Below are positions 52,463 to 62,928 of a stretch of 64,000 nucleotides of DNA, piece after piece. Below the pieces are notes generated by a model, which saw only the letters and a program-made list of their open reading frames with translations, was not told the origin of the DNA and made no database searches. Where the stretch lies: NCBI GenBank assembly GCA_002929055.1, contig PERY01000001.1, positions 88,855 through 152,854 on the forward strand, given 5' to 3'. The translations under genes were made by a program, and so were the position numbers. Source of the stretch: Methylocystis sp. Its GTDB lineage: Bacteria; Pseudomonadota; Alphaproteobacteria; Rhizobiales; Beijerinckiaceae. Position 1 is the first letter of the stretch. Each line of letters starts with the position of its first letter.

Positions 52463-53728
52463 TTAAGGGCGGACGACGCGCCCGCTGCTCTCCAAGGCGT
52501 CGCCCGCATGGTCGCCGACGGCCTCGAAATGCTCGCTGAGGCTTTCGCGCGTGCGCGGGTCGACGATGGCGAAGGGCGCGGCGACGGCCACGCCCGCGGC
52601 GGCGCCCACTGCAGAGCCGGCGCCGACGGCGACGAGCCCGAGCTTCGAGCCGACGCCCGCCTGGCCATCGCTGAGCGTCTGGCCGGTGGCGAGGCGAGCG
52701 CCGATCGAGCGGACGACTGCCGGCGCCTCCGCGAATTTGGTGTGGCCCAGCGAATCGCCGCCGCCCGAAGAAATATCGGTGAGGTCGACGACATTGATGT
52801 GGTCCCGGTCGAGGACGTCGCGATAGGGCTCGGCCTGCGGATTGACGGCGCCAAGTCGCGGCTTGTCGCCCCAGACGCGCTTCGAGACGGCGAGCGCCTC
52901 GTCGTCACGCGACACGAAGATCGTGAAGAGAGAGGGCTTCACGCCCATCTCCAGAATCTGCCGCTTGAAGACGTCGAAGTCGACATCCGGCGCGGCGAGC
53001 ATGATGTTCTTGATCTTGGGCGCGAGGCCGCGGTTGCGAATCGCCATCTGGCGAAGCGCTTCGAGCGTCACCCAATTGCCCATGGAATGCGCGAGGATCG
53101 AAATCTCGCCTACATTGGGATTGCGCGCCAGCGCCTGGAGCAGCGTTTCCAGCGCATCGCGCGAGAAGCTCGCGCTCTCGTGGTCGTAGCCATAGGCGAG
53201 AAGCTTGCCGCGCGAAGGCCATGTGAACAGCACCGGCACGACGCTGGCGTCCGAGTCATGAGAAATCTGCGCGAAGCGATAGACGGCTTCCGCGAAGCGC
53301 GTGTTGAAGCCGTGGACGAAGACGAGCACCTGCCGGTTGGGCGTCTTGACGATCCGCTTGTTGAACTCCGCGAGCGCCTGTTCTCGGCTGAGTATCCGCG
53401 CGTCGACGGTGGTGAATTCGCGCGTCGGGTCCGGCGTCTCGTTCTGTGGCCACTGGACCTCGCCCACCTTGCGGTTGGCGTCCGGCGGGATCGAGACGGT
53501 GATGTCCGCGAAGGAAAAGCTACCGCCGCGCTCGCCCGAAAACATCTCGCCGGGCTGCGACGCGTCGGGTGCGCGCGTCGTCGCGACCATCAAATCCACG
53601 GTGCTCGTGCCAGGCGCGACGGTGTGCGTGGGAATGAGCACATTGTGCGGTCGACCCGCGCAGGCGGCGACGCCCAGGATGAAGAGGGCGCCGAGGCAGC
53701 CGCGAACAATCCGCATGGAAGGATGCAT
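52463..53728 (-). CDS. DUF900-family alpha/beta hydrolase lipoprotein
   Basis: Lipobox VAAC, VATTR, FVHGFN, LAHSMG, AAPDVD. Confidence 0.87.
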   Translation of the reverse strand: MHPSMRIVRGCLGALFILGVAACAGRPHNVLIPTHTVAPGTSTVDLMVATTRAPDASQPGEMFSGERGGSFSFADITVSIPPDANRKVGEVQWPQNETPDPTREFTTVDARILSREQALAEFNKRIVKTPNRQVLVFVHGFNTRFAEAVYRFAQISHDSDASVVPVLFTWPSRGKLLAYGYDHESASFSRDALETLLQALARNPNVGEISILAHSMGNWVTLEALRQMAIRNRGLAPKIKNIMLAAPDVDFDVFKRQILEMGVKPSLFTIFVSRDDEALAVSKRVWGDKPRLGAVNPQAEPYRDVLDRDHINVVDLTDISSGGGDSLGHTKFAEAPAVVRSIGARLATGQTLSDGQAGVGSKLGLVAVGAGSAVGAAAGVAVAAPFAIVDPRTRESLSEHFEAVGDHAGDALESSGRVVRP

Positions 53729-53934
53729 TCAATGAGCGCCGGTTGAGAGGGAAGAACGCCTATCAGAGGTTGATCAGAACTCCTTATCACATTTGTGGCG
53801 GCAATAGGGCTTGTGCGCGGCCGCAGGGCGAAAGGGCCGGGATTCGCCTCACAAAGGCGTCCTTCGCTCGCGAGGCCGACGCCGGAGGGCGGGAAGAGTG
53901 GATCCCCAGCGCATTTCTCCCGCCCGTCCCCGGC

Positions 53935-55332
53935 TCAGTCGTTGGGCTCGAGCATGTTTTCCGGCCGAACGATCTCGTCGAATTCCGCTTCCGTCACCTT
54001 GCCCGAAGCGAGCGCCTCCTCCTTCAGGCTCGTGCCGTTCTTGTGCGCGGCGCGGGCGATCTTGGAGGCGGCGTCATAGCCGATCGTCGGCGCGAGCGCA
54101 GTGACGAGCATCAGAGAGCGCTCGAGGAAGCGACGGATGTTGGCTTCGTCCGCCTCGATGCCATCGACGCAGCGCGCGACGAAGCTGTTGATCCCGTCGG
54201 CAAGCAGAATGGTCGATTCGAGCAGCGCGAAGCCGACGACGGGCTTGAGCACATTGAGTTCGAGATGGCCCTGCGAGGCGGCGAAGGTGATCGTGGCGTT
54301 GTTGCCGAAGACGCGCGTGCACACCATCGTCAGCGATTCGACCTGCGTCGGATTCACCTTGCCCGGCATGATGGAGGAGCCGGGCTCGTTCTCGGGGAGT
54401 TTCAGTTCGGCGAAACCCGCCCGCGGGCCGGAGCCCAGGAGGCGGATGTCGCAGGCGATCTTGTAGAGGCCCGCCGCGAGCGAATTGAGCGCGCCATGCG
54501 AGAAGACGACCGCGTCATGCGCGGCGAGCGCCTCGAACTTATTGGGCGCCGTGACGAAGGGCAGGCCGGTTTGCTGCGCAATATGCGCCGCCACCTCCTC
54601 GCCGAAGCCCTTGAAGGTGTTGACGCCCGTGCCGACCGCCGTGCCGCCCTGCGCCAGCGCGAAGAGATCAGGGAGCGAGGCCCGGATGCGCGCCGCGGCG
54701 TATTTCGCCTGCGCGGCGTAGCCCGAAAATTCCTGGCCGAGGGTCACCGGCGTCGCGTCCTGAAGATGGGTGCGGCCGATCTTGACGATGTGGGAGAATT
54801 GCGAGGACTTGCGCTCGAACGCTGCGTGCAGACGTTCGACGGCCGGCAGCAGCCTGCCGGAAATAGCGAGGGCGCCCGCCACATGGATCGCGGTGGGGAA
54901 ACTGTCGTTGGACGACTGCCCGAGATTGACATGATCGTTGGGGTGCACGGGCGTCTTCGAGCCGCGCGGCGCGCCGAGCGTTTCATTGGCCCGGTTCGCG
55001 ATCACCTCGTTGACGTTCATGTTGGTCTGCGTGCCGGAGCCGGTCTGCCAGACGACGAGCGGGAAATGGTCGTCGAGCTTGCCGTCGATGACTTCCTGCG
55101 CGGCGTCCGCGATGGCGTCCGCCACTTGCGCGCTCAGCAGGCCCTTCTTCGCATTGGCCCGGGCGGCGGCGAGCTTGATGCGCGCCAGCGCATGAATGAT
55201 CTCGATCGGCATGCGGTCGCCGCCGATGGGGAAGTTCTCGCGCGAGCGCTGGGTCTGCGCGCCCCAATAGGCCCAGTTGGGCACGGCGATGTCGCCAAAT
55301 GAATCGCGTTCGATGCGGCTGTCGTCGGTCAT
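53935..55332 (-). CDS. fumC: Fumarate hydratase class II
   Basis: [27 protein letters not shown]. Confidence 0.97.
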   Translation of the reverse strand: MTDDSRIERDSFGDIAVPNWAYWGAQTQRSRENFPIGGDRMPIEIIHALARIKLAAARANAKKGLLSAQVADAIADAAQEVIDGKLDDHFPLVVWQTGSGTQTNMNVNEVIANRANETLGAPRGSKTPVHPNDHVNLGQSSNDSFPTAIHVAGALAISGRLLPAVERLHAAFERKSSQFSHIVKIGRTHLQDATPVTLGQEFSGYAAQAKYAAARIRASLPDLFALAQGGTAVGTGVNTFKGFGEEVAAHIAQQTGLPFVTAPNKFEALAAHDAVVFSHGALNSLAAGLYKIACDIRLLGSGPRAGFAELKLPENEPGSSIMPGKVNPTQVESLTMVCTRVFGNNATITFAASQGHLELNVLKPVVGFALLESTILLADGINSFVARCVDGIEADEANIRRFLERSLMLVTALAPTIGYDAASKIARAAHKNGTSLKEEALASGKVTEAEFDEIVRPENMLEPND

Positions 55333-55402
55333 GGGGCTCGCTCGCTGAAGGGGCGGATGGGCTCCCTATGCGGCATTTCCCATTCCCGTTCAATCTCGGC
55401 GT

Positions 55403-55975
55403 TCAGTCCCGGCTGACGGGCGACAGCGCCGCGCTGGCGCGTGATTCCCGAGGCTCGCCGGGGCCGGGGACGCCGCCCATCAGTTCGGTGAGGCGGTTTC
55501 GCGCGCGGTTGACGCGGCTCTTCATCGTGCCGGGCGCGCATCCGCAGATTTCCGCGGCTTCCTCATAGGACATGCCCTGCGCGGCGACGAGGATCAGCGC
55601 CTCGCGCTGGTCCAGCGGCAGTTTCTGAAGCGCTTCGCGGAAGTCGAGGAAGTCCATGTGCGCATGCTGCGACTCCGGCGCGATGAGCCGAGCGGCAATG
55701 GCGCCGTCAGGGTCCGGCGCCTCGCGTCGGCGTTTGCGGAATTCGCTGTAGTAGATGTTGCGCAGTATGGTGAAGAGCCAGGCCGTGAGGTTGGTGCCTT
55801 CCGAGAAGGAGTCGAGACTCCCCCACGCCTTGACGAGTGTTTCCTGCACGAGGTCGTCGGCGCGGTCGGGATTTCCGCAAATCGACACAGCGAAGGCGCG
55901 CAGGCTCGGGATCGCCGCAAGCAGATCGGTCTTCAGATTTTGTCCGCTGCTGAGACTGGGTCCCTCTGCGCTCAC
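55403..55975 (-). CDS. ecfG: ECF sigma factor of the general stress response (EcfG/sigma-T)
   Basis: LRAFA-S, ADDLVQETLVKAW, WLFTILRN, GTMKSRVNRAR; next to nepR/phyR. Confidence 0.92.
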   Translation of the reverse strand: MSAEGPSLSSGQNLKTDLLAAIPSLRAFAVSICGNPDRADDLVQETLVKAWGSLDSFSEGTNLTAWLFTILRNIYYSEFRKRRREAPDPDGAIAARLIAPESQHAHMDFLDFREALQKLPLDQREALILVAAQGMSYEEAAEICGCAPGTMKSRVNRARNRLTELMGGVPGPGEPRESRASAALSPVSRD

Positions 55976-56355
55976 TCTCTCTCCCCGGGCGCTCTGCTCG
56001 AAACGCCCGACGATACCACATTCTTTTCCAGCTGGTTCAGAAGATTGAGGAAGCGGTCGGGGACCGGCTGAGCCACCAGATCGTCATAGAGGTTTTGAAG
56101 CTCTTTGCCGATTGCATCTCCAAAATCGAGTCCGCGCATCTTCTTTTTCGTCCCTTGCGGGGGGCAGAGGTCCTTCGGATCGAGAACATCCCGGCCATTC
56201 GTCCGCCGCGGAGACCCGACGCTTGCGCCTAGCCCGGCGGCGAAGGCCTCCATGCTCCGAGGGAGAGTCCCGGAAAAATGACGTCCCTCTGCGCTGCGCT
56301 TATCCTCCGCAGACTGCGCGCGCGCGACGGCATTTTCCCGATCGCTTTTTACCAT
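55972..56355 (-). CDS. nepR: Anti-sigma factor NepR
   Basis: IGKELQNLYDDLVAQPVPDRFLNLLNQL core; overlaps the ecfG start; N-terminal extent uncertain. Confidence 0.88.
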   Translation of the reverse strand: MVKSDRENAVARAQSAEDKRSAEGRHFSGTLPRSMEAFAAGLGASVGSPRRTNGRDVLDPKDLCPPQGTKKKMRGLDFGDAIGKELQNLYDDLVAQPVPDRFLNLLNQLEKNVVSSGVSSRAPGERE

Positions 56356-56433
56356 GAAGCCCCCAGATTACGATTCAACGATTCATGTGGCGGACGCAAC
56401 GCCGCGCGATATAGTGCACTGCACGGAAGGCAA

Positions 56434-56458
56434 AACGCCGCGCTCTGGGATTGGTTCC
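56434..56458 (-). promoter_or_regulatory. EcfG-dependent promoter of nepR-ecfG
   Basis: Minus strand GGAAC-N16-CGTT, 78 nt upstream of nepR. Confidence 0.75.
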
Positions 56459-56539
56459 TTAAAAAGTGCGAGTCGTTTCGACGCACTGGTCTCGCCTTCG
56501 CTTAAGTTTTGGTCCCGGTCGGCGTTGGAGTGGCATAAC

Positions 56540-57358
56540 ATGTCGGTTTCACGAGACATTTCTGCTCACCTCCCCTATCTGCGACGTTTCGCCCGCGCCT
56601 TGGTCGGAACCCGCGAGGGTGGCGACGCCTATGTGCTCGCCACGCTCGAAGCCATGGTGGCGGACCCCTCGCGGCTGCGCGCGCACGACGATCACCGTAT
56701 TTCGCTCTATCGCCTTTTCCTGCAGATCTGGTCTGCGGCGCCGATCAACGCCCATACCGATCCCGTCGGCGCCGCGCATGCCGACGGGGACGAGCGCCGC
56801 AATCTCGACGCCATCTCGCTCAAACCGAGGATCGCCTTTCTGCTCAGCGCTCTCGAGGGCTTCGACCTCGAACAGGTGGCCGAGACCCTCGATGTCTCGG
56901 AAGCGGAAGCCGAGGCCCTCGTCGAACTCGCCAATTCCGAGATCGCCGAACAGATCGCCACGGATGTCCTCATCATCGAGGACGAGCCGCTCATCGCCCA
57001 TGATCTGCGCAGCATCGTGGAGGAATTGGGGCATCGCGTCGTCGGCATGGCGCGCACCCACCGGGAGGCGATCGCCTCGATCGGCGACGCCGAGCCGGGT
57101 CTGATCCTCGCCGACATCCAGCTCGCGGACGGCAGTTCGGGGCTCGAAGCTGTCAACGAAATCCTCGGCTCCATGTCGACGCCGGTCATCTTCGTGACGG
57201 CCTATCCGGAGCGCTTCCTCAAGGGCGAACCGCCGGAGCCCGCTTTTCTGATCGCGAAGCCTTTCAGCGTCGAAAGTTTGAAGGCCGTGATCAGCCAGGC
57301 GCTCTTTTTCAACCGCAAGTCGCGCCGAAGAGAGCCCCAAACGAGCCTCAGACCGTGA
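56540..57358 (+). CDS. phyR: Anti-anti-sigma response regulator PhyR
   Basis: Sigma-like N-terminus LPYLRRFARAL; receiver IIEDEPLI, LADIQLADGSSG, PAFLIAKPF. Confidence 0.95.
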   Translation: MSVSRDISAHLPYLRRFARALVGTREGGDAYVLATLEAMVADPSRLRAHDDHRISLYRLFLQIWSAAPINAHTDPVGAAHADGDERRNLDAISLKPRIAFLLSALEGFDLEQVAETLDVSEAEAEALVELANSEIAEQIATDVLIIEDEPLIAHDLRSIVEELGHRVVGMARTHREAIASIGDAEPGLILADIQLADGSSGLEAVNEILGSMSTPVIFVTAYPERFLKGEPPEPAFLIAKPFSVESLKAVISQALFFNRKSRRREPQTSLRP

Positions 57359-57436
57359 CGAAACTGGAAAATAAGTACAATCACGGATAAGGATATTGCC
57401 GTTTACAAGCTTTGCTACGTATATTCCGCAATTGCA

Positions 57437-57461
57437 GAAACCTTGGCTAATTAGGCAAGTT
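57437..57461 (+). promoter_or_regulatory. Possible variant EcfG promoter for the KGG protein gene
   Basis: GAAAC-N16-AGTT (2 mismatches to GGAAC-N16-CGTT). Confidence 0.35.
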
Positions 57462-57495
57462 ATACGCGTGGGCGCTGGGGGCAAGAGAGGCGACC

Positions 57496-57771
57496 ATGCA
57501 GGAAGTTGTGAAGAAGTCTAATCGGGGCTTCGCCTCGATGGATCCGGAAAAGCAGCGCGCGATTGCGCGGAAAGGCGGGCAGAGCGTTCCAGACGAAAAG
57601 CGCAGTTTCTCGCAGAATCCCGAACTTGCGGCGCGCGCCGGACGCAAGGGCGGTCAGAGCGTCAATCCGGCGAAACGCAGCTTCTCGCGCGACCATACTC
57701 TCGCGTCGGAAGCAGGCCGTAAGGGCGGTCACGCCTCTCACGGCGGCGGACAGAAGCGGGCGTCGGCTTAA
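57496..57771 (+). CDS. KGG-repeat general stress protein (YciG/GsiB-like)
   Basis: RGFASMDPEKQRAIARKGG plus two more RKGG repeats. Confidence 0.9.
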   Translation: MQEVVKKSNRGFASMDPEKQRAIARKGGQSVPDEKRSFSQNPELAARAGRKGGQSVNPAKRSFSRDHTLASEAGRKGGHASHGGGQKRASA

Positions 57772-57787
57772 GCCGACAGCCCATCAT

Positions 57788-58252
57788 TTACGCAGCGTGG
57801 GGCTTGGAACGCTGCGCGATTAAAGAGTAAAGCGCGTCATGGTCTCGCGTGGCGCGGATGGTGGCGACCAGTCCAGGGTCGCGCAGCATCCGCGCCGCGC
57901 AGGCAAGCGCCTTGAGATGATCGGCGCCCGAAGACTCAGGCGCGATCAGAAGAAACACCAGATCCACGGGCGCGCCGTCGAGCGCCTCGAAATCCACCGG
58001 CCGTTCGAGCCGGGCGAAAATCCCGAAAATCGATTTGACCTTCGCGAGCTTGCCATGCGGAATGGCGATGCCTTCGCCGATTCCCGTCGAGCCGAGACGC
58101 TCACGGTGCAGCAAGGCGTCGAAAATCTCGCGCGATGACAGGCCGGACAGCCTTGCGGCCCGGTCGCTCAGCTCCTGGAGCAGCTGCTTCTTGGTCGTCG
58201 CCTTCAATGTGGCGATGACCGCTTCCGGCGTGACAAGATCCGTGAGCCGCAT
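57788..58252 (-). CDS. ptsN: PTS nitrogen-regulatory IIA component
   Basis: RERLGSTGIG-GIAIPHG, DG-PVDL-FLL. Confidence 0.95.
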   Translation of the reverse strand: MRLTDLVTPEAVIATLKATTKKQLLQELSDRAARLSGLSSREIFDALLHRERLGSTGIGEGIAIPHGKLAKVKSIFGIFARLERPVDFEALDGAPVDLVFLLIAPESSGADHLKALACAARMLRDPGLVATIRATRDHDALYSLIAQRSKPHAA

Positions 58253-58404
58253 GCGACGCCCTATCCGTTCAAGCGTTTGGTGAACCCGCTCTAAGGCCGG
58301 CTATGAGCGCCAGCGGAGCAAAATCGCAAGATACATGCCGAGGACGCCGCGATTGTGACCCGCGGCGGCGATTTGCTTTGTCGATTGAATCGGCCCGCCC
58401 CCTC

Positions 58405-58977
58405 TTATTCCGCTGCGGGCGTGTCGATCCAACCGATATTGTTGTCGCCGCGCCGATAGACAATATTGACGCGGCCGGTATTTGCGTGACGGAAGACCAC
58501 GACCGGCGCCCCCGTCAGGTCGAGGTCGAGAACAGCGGCGGAGACCGAGAGACGACGCAGCTTGGTCGTCAGTTCGGCGACCACGGCGGGGCTGAACTCG
58601 ACCGGCGCCTCGCTCTCCTGGTCGGGCGCTTCCAGCACCTGATAGGGCATGATTTCCGGCGCGGCGTCATGGCCGTGCCCATCATGATGGCTCTTCAGCC
58701 GCTCCTTGTAGCGGCGCAGACGCTTTTCCAGCCGCTCGGCCGCCTGATCGAAGGTCGCATAGGGCTCCTGCCCGCGGCCGTCCGACTGGAGCACGATGCC
58801 GGAGGTGAGGTGCAGGCTGCAGTCGGCGCGGTAGCCCGAGCCTTCCGGCGCGATCGTCACATGCCCGCTGACGCCCCCGTCGAAATATTTCGCAGCGGCC
58901 TGCTCCAGCCGCTGCGTGATATGTGTGCGCAGCGCTTCGCCGATGTTGATGTTTTTGCCCGAAACTCTCAGGGACAT
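58405..58977 (-). CDS. hpf: Ribosome hibernation promoting factor (long HPF)
   Basis: RVSGKNI-IGEAL, LEKRLRRYK, NIVYRR-D-NIGWID. Confidence 0.93.
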   Translation of the reverse strand: MSLRVSGKNINIGEALRTHITQRLEQAAAKYFDGGVSGHVTIAPEGSGYRADCSLHLTSGIVLQSDGRGQEPYATFDQAAERLEKRLRRYKERLKSHHDGHGHDAAPEIMPYQVLEAPDQESEAPVEFSPAVVAELTTKLRRLSVSAAVLDLDLTGAPVVVFRHANTGRVNIVYRRGDNNIGWIDTPAAE

Positions 58978-59240
58978 TTGTCTTCCTGCCTTTTTCCGGC
59001 GAACGCGGGGCCTTCGCGGACGAGACTTGAAGCGTCTTCACCCGACGGCCCGGCGACGCTTGCGGAATGTGCCGCTCACTGTGAAGGTCGCTCTCGAGCG
59101 GCCCGGCTTGGCGGCGGGCGGTTCCAACCCGGCCGCGGCGCCACAAAATTCGGCGAAGCGTTAGAAGCCTCCGGGCGCGAAGTCAATGGGCTCCGCGAGG
59201 ACAGGGGCCGGCAAGGGGCGGCTTTCCTCAGGCGGCCGCC

Positions 59241-60815
59241 TCAGTGCGCGTGCTGCTGCGCCAGTTCGCGCGCCATCGCCACCTTGGCGCGCCGGCGGTC
59301 GACAGAAGAAGGAATACGCAGGCTGTCCCGATATTTGGCGACGGTGCGGCGGGCGATGTCTATGTCGATGGCCTTGAGCCTCGCGACGATGGCGTCGTCG
59401 GAAAGCACGTCGTCGGCGCTTTCGCGGTCGATCATCTGCTTGATGCGGAAGCGGACCGATTCGGCCGAATGCGCCTCGCCCCCGCTCGTCGTCGCGATCG
59501 AGGCCGAAAAGAAGTATTTCAGCTCGAAAATGCCGCGCGGGGTCATCATGTATTTGTTCGACGTGACGCGCGAGACCGTCGATTCGTGCATGCCGATCGC
59601 GTCGGCGATCGTCCGCAGATTGAGCGGACGAAGATGCTCCACGCCCCGGGCGAGGAAAGCGTCCTGCAGCCGCACGATCTCGGACGCCACCTTCAGGATG
59701 GTCCGGCTGCGCTGCTCGAGGCTCTTGGTCAGCCAGTTGGCGTTCTGCAGACAGGTCGAGATGAAGGTCTTGTCGGCGTCGCGGGCGTGGGCGTTCACCC
59801 GGGCCGCGTAGCTGTGGTTGACGAGGATGCGCGGCAGCGCCTCCGAATTCAGCTCGATATGCCAGGAGCCGTCGGCGGCCGCCCGCACGATCACGTCGGC
59901 GACGATCGGCTGGATGGGCGCGTCGCCAAAGGCGCGTCCGGGCTTGGGGTCCAGCCGGCGCAGTTCGGCGGCCATGTCGGAGATGTCCTCCGCGTCGACC
60001 CCGCAGAGCCTGGCGAGCTGCGCGAGATCGCGCTTGGCGACGAGCGGCAGGTTGGCGACGAAGGCCTCCATCGCCGGATCGAAACGGTCCCGCTCCTTCA
60101 GCTGGATGGCGAGGCATTCGGCGAGATCGCGCGCGCCGACGCCGGAGGGGTCGAAGGTCTGGATCGTCTCCAGAATTTTCAGCGTCTCGGACGGATCGGC
60201 CTCGAGGCGGCTCGCTATGTCGTCGAGGCTCTCCCGCAGATAGCCCGTCTCGTCGATCCCATCGATGATCGCCTGGCCAATGAGCCGCCGGCGCAGATCG
60301 GGGCAGGCGAGCGCCAGCTGCCCGGCCAGATGTTCGTGCAGGCTGGGGCGCGCGGCGACATAGGCTTCGAGGTTGGGCGCCTCGCCATCCTCGCCGCCGC
60401 CACCGGCCGAGCCGCTCCAGGAGGTCGCCGAGAGGCCCGCCCCCTCCAGCGCCTCGCGCGGGGCCTCACGCGCGACGGCGGGGCCTTCCGGCTCGAAAGC
60501 GTTGCTCATATCGGCGCCGAGGTCGGCGGACAGCGTGGCCGAGTCGACGGCGAGGGACTCGCGCGCCCAATCCCCTTCCTGCGGCTCCCCGCCAAAGGGT
60601 TCAGCTCCCTCGCCTTCGAAATCATTCGCGGGCTCGCGGTCCCCGTGAGCCTCGCCCTCCTGAGCCTCGAGGAGCGGATTGCGCTCCAGCTCGTCGTTGA
60701 GAAACGCTGACAGCTCGAGATTCGAGAACTGCAACAGCTTGATCGCCTGCAGCAGCTGCGGCGTCATCACCAGCGCCTGACCCTGGCGCATCATGAGCTT
60801 GGTCGAAATCGCCAT
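59241..60815 (-). CDS. rpoN: RNA polymerase sigma-54 factor
   Basis: MTPQLLQAIKLLQ, HESTVSR, RpoN box ARRTVAKYR. Confidence 0.98.
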   Translation of the reverse strand: MAISTKLMMRQGQALVMTPQLLQAIKLLQFSNLELSAFLNDELERNPLLEAQEGEAHGDREPANDFEGEGAEPFGGEPQEGDWARESLAVDSATLSADLGADMSNAFEPEGPAVAREAPREALEGAGLSATSWSGSAGGGGEDGEAPNLEAYVAARPSLHEHLAGQLALACPDLRRRLIGQAIIDGIDETGYLRESLDDIASRLEADPSETLKILETIQTFDPSGVGARDLAECLAIQLKERDRFDPAMEAFVANLPLVAKRDLAQLARLCGVDAEDISDMAAELRRLDPKPGRAFGDAPIQPIVADVIVRAAADGSWHIELNSEALPRILVNHSYAARVNAHARDADKTFISTCLQNANWLTKSLEQRSRTILKVASEIVRLQDAFLARGVEHLRPLNLRTIADAIGMHESTVSRVTSNKYMMTPRGIFELKYFFSASIATTSGGEAHSAESVRFRIKQMIDRESADDVLSDDAIVARLKAIDIDIARRTVAKYRDSLRIPSSVDRRRAKVAMARELAQQHAH

Positions 60816-60853
60816 CTGCGCCCACTCGCACGCTTAGCACCGAGGCCGGTCGA

Positions 60854-60871
60854 TCGGCCTGTTTCTTGCTT
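60854..60871 (+). promoter_or_regulatory. Sigma-54 -24/-12 motif antisense to rpoN
   Basis: tcGGcctgtttcttGCtt: GG 60856-57, GC 60868-69, TTGC present. Confidence 0.55.
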
Positions 60872-60942
60872 ATAGCATGGCTCAGCTAGCTCGGCAGGGC
60901 CAAATAGTCGGCGCCCCCTGCGCTGAAACGCCCAAGGGTTAA

Positions 60943-61638
60943 TCAGCTCTCACTCATCCGGCGCCCAGGCGGGCAAATCAGAGAGATAGTCGTGCCCATG
61001 CGCGAGCTTGTCACATCGAGTTCGCCTGCGAGCCGGTGCGCGGCGCATTGCATGAACTCCAGTCCCTGCCTCGGTTCGCCGTTCGGACGCGGGTCGAAGC
61101 CCGCGCCATTATCCGACACAGTGAGTTTCAGGCGGTCGCCGTCCCCATGCAGTCCGACCGCGATGACGCCGCCCGTGAGGCCGGGAAAGGCGTGCTTCAG
61201 GGCGTTGGAAGCCGCCTCGGAGAAGAGCAGGCCGATCCATTGCGTGCGCTCCTCATCGAGCGAAAGATCAGGGTCGACGTCGAGGATCAGCCGGATGCGG
61301 CTGTCGAAGGGCGTCATCAGCGCCGCGGAAAGCGTCGCGATATAATCAGCGATGCTGACCGGCGGGCACTCCGCGGTGCGCACCGCGTCATGCAATCCAT
61401 CGGCGCCCGCGACGCTGACCATGCATTTGCGGCAAAGGCCAGGTTGAAGCGTGCGTCTCGACTGGCCCGCCAAAAGCACAGACAGCGCCAGGAGCTCTTT
61501 TCTCCCGTTGCTGCGAAGCTTGCTTTGAATCCTGACGAGCCTCTGTAATTCAAATTCTTTTTCTTTTAGCTTGGCGATAAGTTCAGCAAAGCTTACAGTG
61601 TCCTGGTAGTCGTCTATCATGACCCGCCCCGAATCCAT
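60943..61638 (-). CDS. HATPase_c protein resembling a degenerate HisKA_2/HWE kinase
   Basis: GLLFSEAASNALKHAF (N box), VSDNGAGF (G1), QGL, GTT; no canonical H-box His; AT-rich 5' part. Confidence 0.72.
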   Translation of the reverse strand: MDSGRVMIDDYQDTVSFAELIAKLKEKEFELQRLVRIQSKLRSNGRKELLALSVLLAGQSRRTLQPGLCRKCMVSVAGADGLHDAVRTAECPPVSIADYIATLSAALMTPFDSRIRLILDVDPDLSLDEERTQWIGLLFSEAASNALKHAFPGLTGGVIAVGLHGDGDRLKLTVSDNGAGFDPRPNGEPRQGLEFMQCAAHRLAGELDVTSSRMGTTISLICPPGRRMSES

Positions 61639-61808
61639 GAAGCAAACTATGTTCAGTAGAATGTTTTTTGGTTATCAATGAAAGCTTGGCAGCACAAATA
61701 TTTTGCAGGCGCGAAGCCGTAGTTGGCTTGTCCTCTGGCAAAAGCTTCGGAATTTTACTTGAGCTTTGGCGCGCACAGACTCTCCGCAATTGGCCCGGGT
61801 CAGGCAGA

Positions 61809-62804
61809 TTACATGCGGAAGTCTTCGCCGAGATAAATCCGGCGGACGTCTGGATTCGCGACGATTTCTTCCGGCGGGCCCTCTGTGAGGACATGGCCGT
61901 TGTAGATGATGTAGGCGCGGTCGGTGAGCCCCAGCGTTTCGCGCACGCTGTGGTCCGTGATGAGCACGCCAATGCCGCGCGCCTTGAGGTGGCGAACGAG
62001 ATCCTGGATGCCGCCCACCGCAATGGGGTCGATGCCGGCGAAAGGCTCGTCCAGCAGCATGAAGGAGGGATGGCCGGCGAGGGCGCGGGCGATTTCGCAT
62101 CGCCGCCGTTCGCCGCCCGAAAGCGCCACAGCGGGCGTGTGGCGCATGCGGGTGAGGCGGAACTCCTCGAGCAGCCCCTCGAGCTCGTCGCTGCGCTTCT
62201 TCTCGTCCGGCTGGGTGATCTCCAGCACGGCGCGGATATTGTCCTCGACCGAGAGCCCGCGGAACACCGAGGCCTCCTGCGGCAGATAGCCGATGCCGAG
62301 CCGCGCGCGGCGATACATGGGCAGCGGCGTGACGTCATAGCCGTCGAGCGAGATGACGCCCCTGTCGGGCTTCACCAGCCCGGTGATCATGTAGAAGACC
62401 GTGGTCTTGCCGGCGCCATTGGGGCCGAGCAGGCCGACCGCCTCGCCGCGGGCCACATGGAGGCTCACATCCTCGACGACGCGCCGGGCCTTGTAGGATT
62501 TGGCGAGATTATGGACCGAAAGCAGGCCCTGCCCGTCGAAGCCGGGCTCCCGGAGATAGGAGCCGGCGGAATAGGCCGCGTCGTCGTCGGCGGCTCTGGC
62601 CTGCGCCCAGGCGGGAATGTCCTGCGAGGCGCCTAAACTTTGGGCGCCCTCGTCGTCGAGGCTCGCTTCGACGAGGTCATCCGCCTTGCGAGACCAATCC
62701 CCCGGCCACTTTCCCTTCAGCCGCGCCTGCGCCGCGCCGAGCGTCCCGGACAGGGACTGAGCGGCGGCGCGGAAACGCGTCGAAAGGGCGGCCAAAAAGC
62801 TCAA
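61809..62804 (-). CDS. lptB: LPS export ABC transporter ATPase LptB, N-terminally extended
   Basis: [48 protein letters not shown]; start uncertain. Confidence 0.92.
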   Translation of the reverse strand: MSFLAALSTRFRAAAQSLSGTLGAAQARLKGKWPGDWSRKADDLVEASLDDEGAQSLGASQDIPAWAQARAADDDAAYSAGSYLREPGFDGQGLLSVHNLAKSYKARRVVEDVSLHVARGEAVGLLGPNGAGKTTVFYMITGLVKPDRGVISLDGYDVTPLPMYRRARLGIGYLPQEASVFRGLSVEDNIRAVLEITQPDEKKRSDELEGLLEEFRLTRMRHTPAVALSGGERRRCEIARALAGHPSFMLLDEPFAGIDPIAVGGIQDLVRHLKARGIGVLITDHSVRETLGLTDRAYIIYNGHVLTEGPPEEIVANPDVRRIYLGEDFRM

Positions 62805-62928
62805 GGTGCGTCCGTCGCAACAGAGAAGAGAAAACCTTGCCGGGTCGTGGCGCCGGCGTCCGCTCTTCCCGCCAGACGCCATCCCCGTCCTTAACCAACT
62901 CGCGGGCCAGTGGCTATAAGCGCACCCC

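Noticed and set aside
57496-57771. Internal DNA repeats (AAGGGCGG, CGCAG-TTCTCGC)
   Set aside because: Explained by the KGG protein repeats.
59061-59080. Possible sigma-54 promoter for hpf (CGGCAC on the minus strand)
   Set aside because: GC is not at the required GG-N10-GC spacing.
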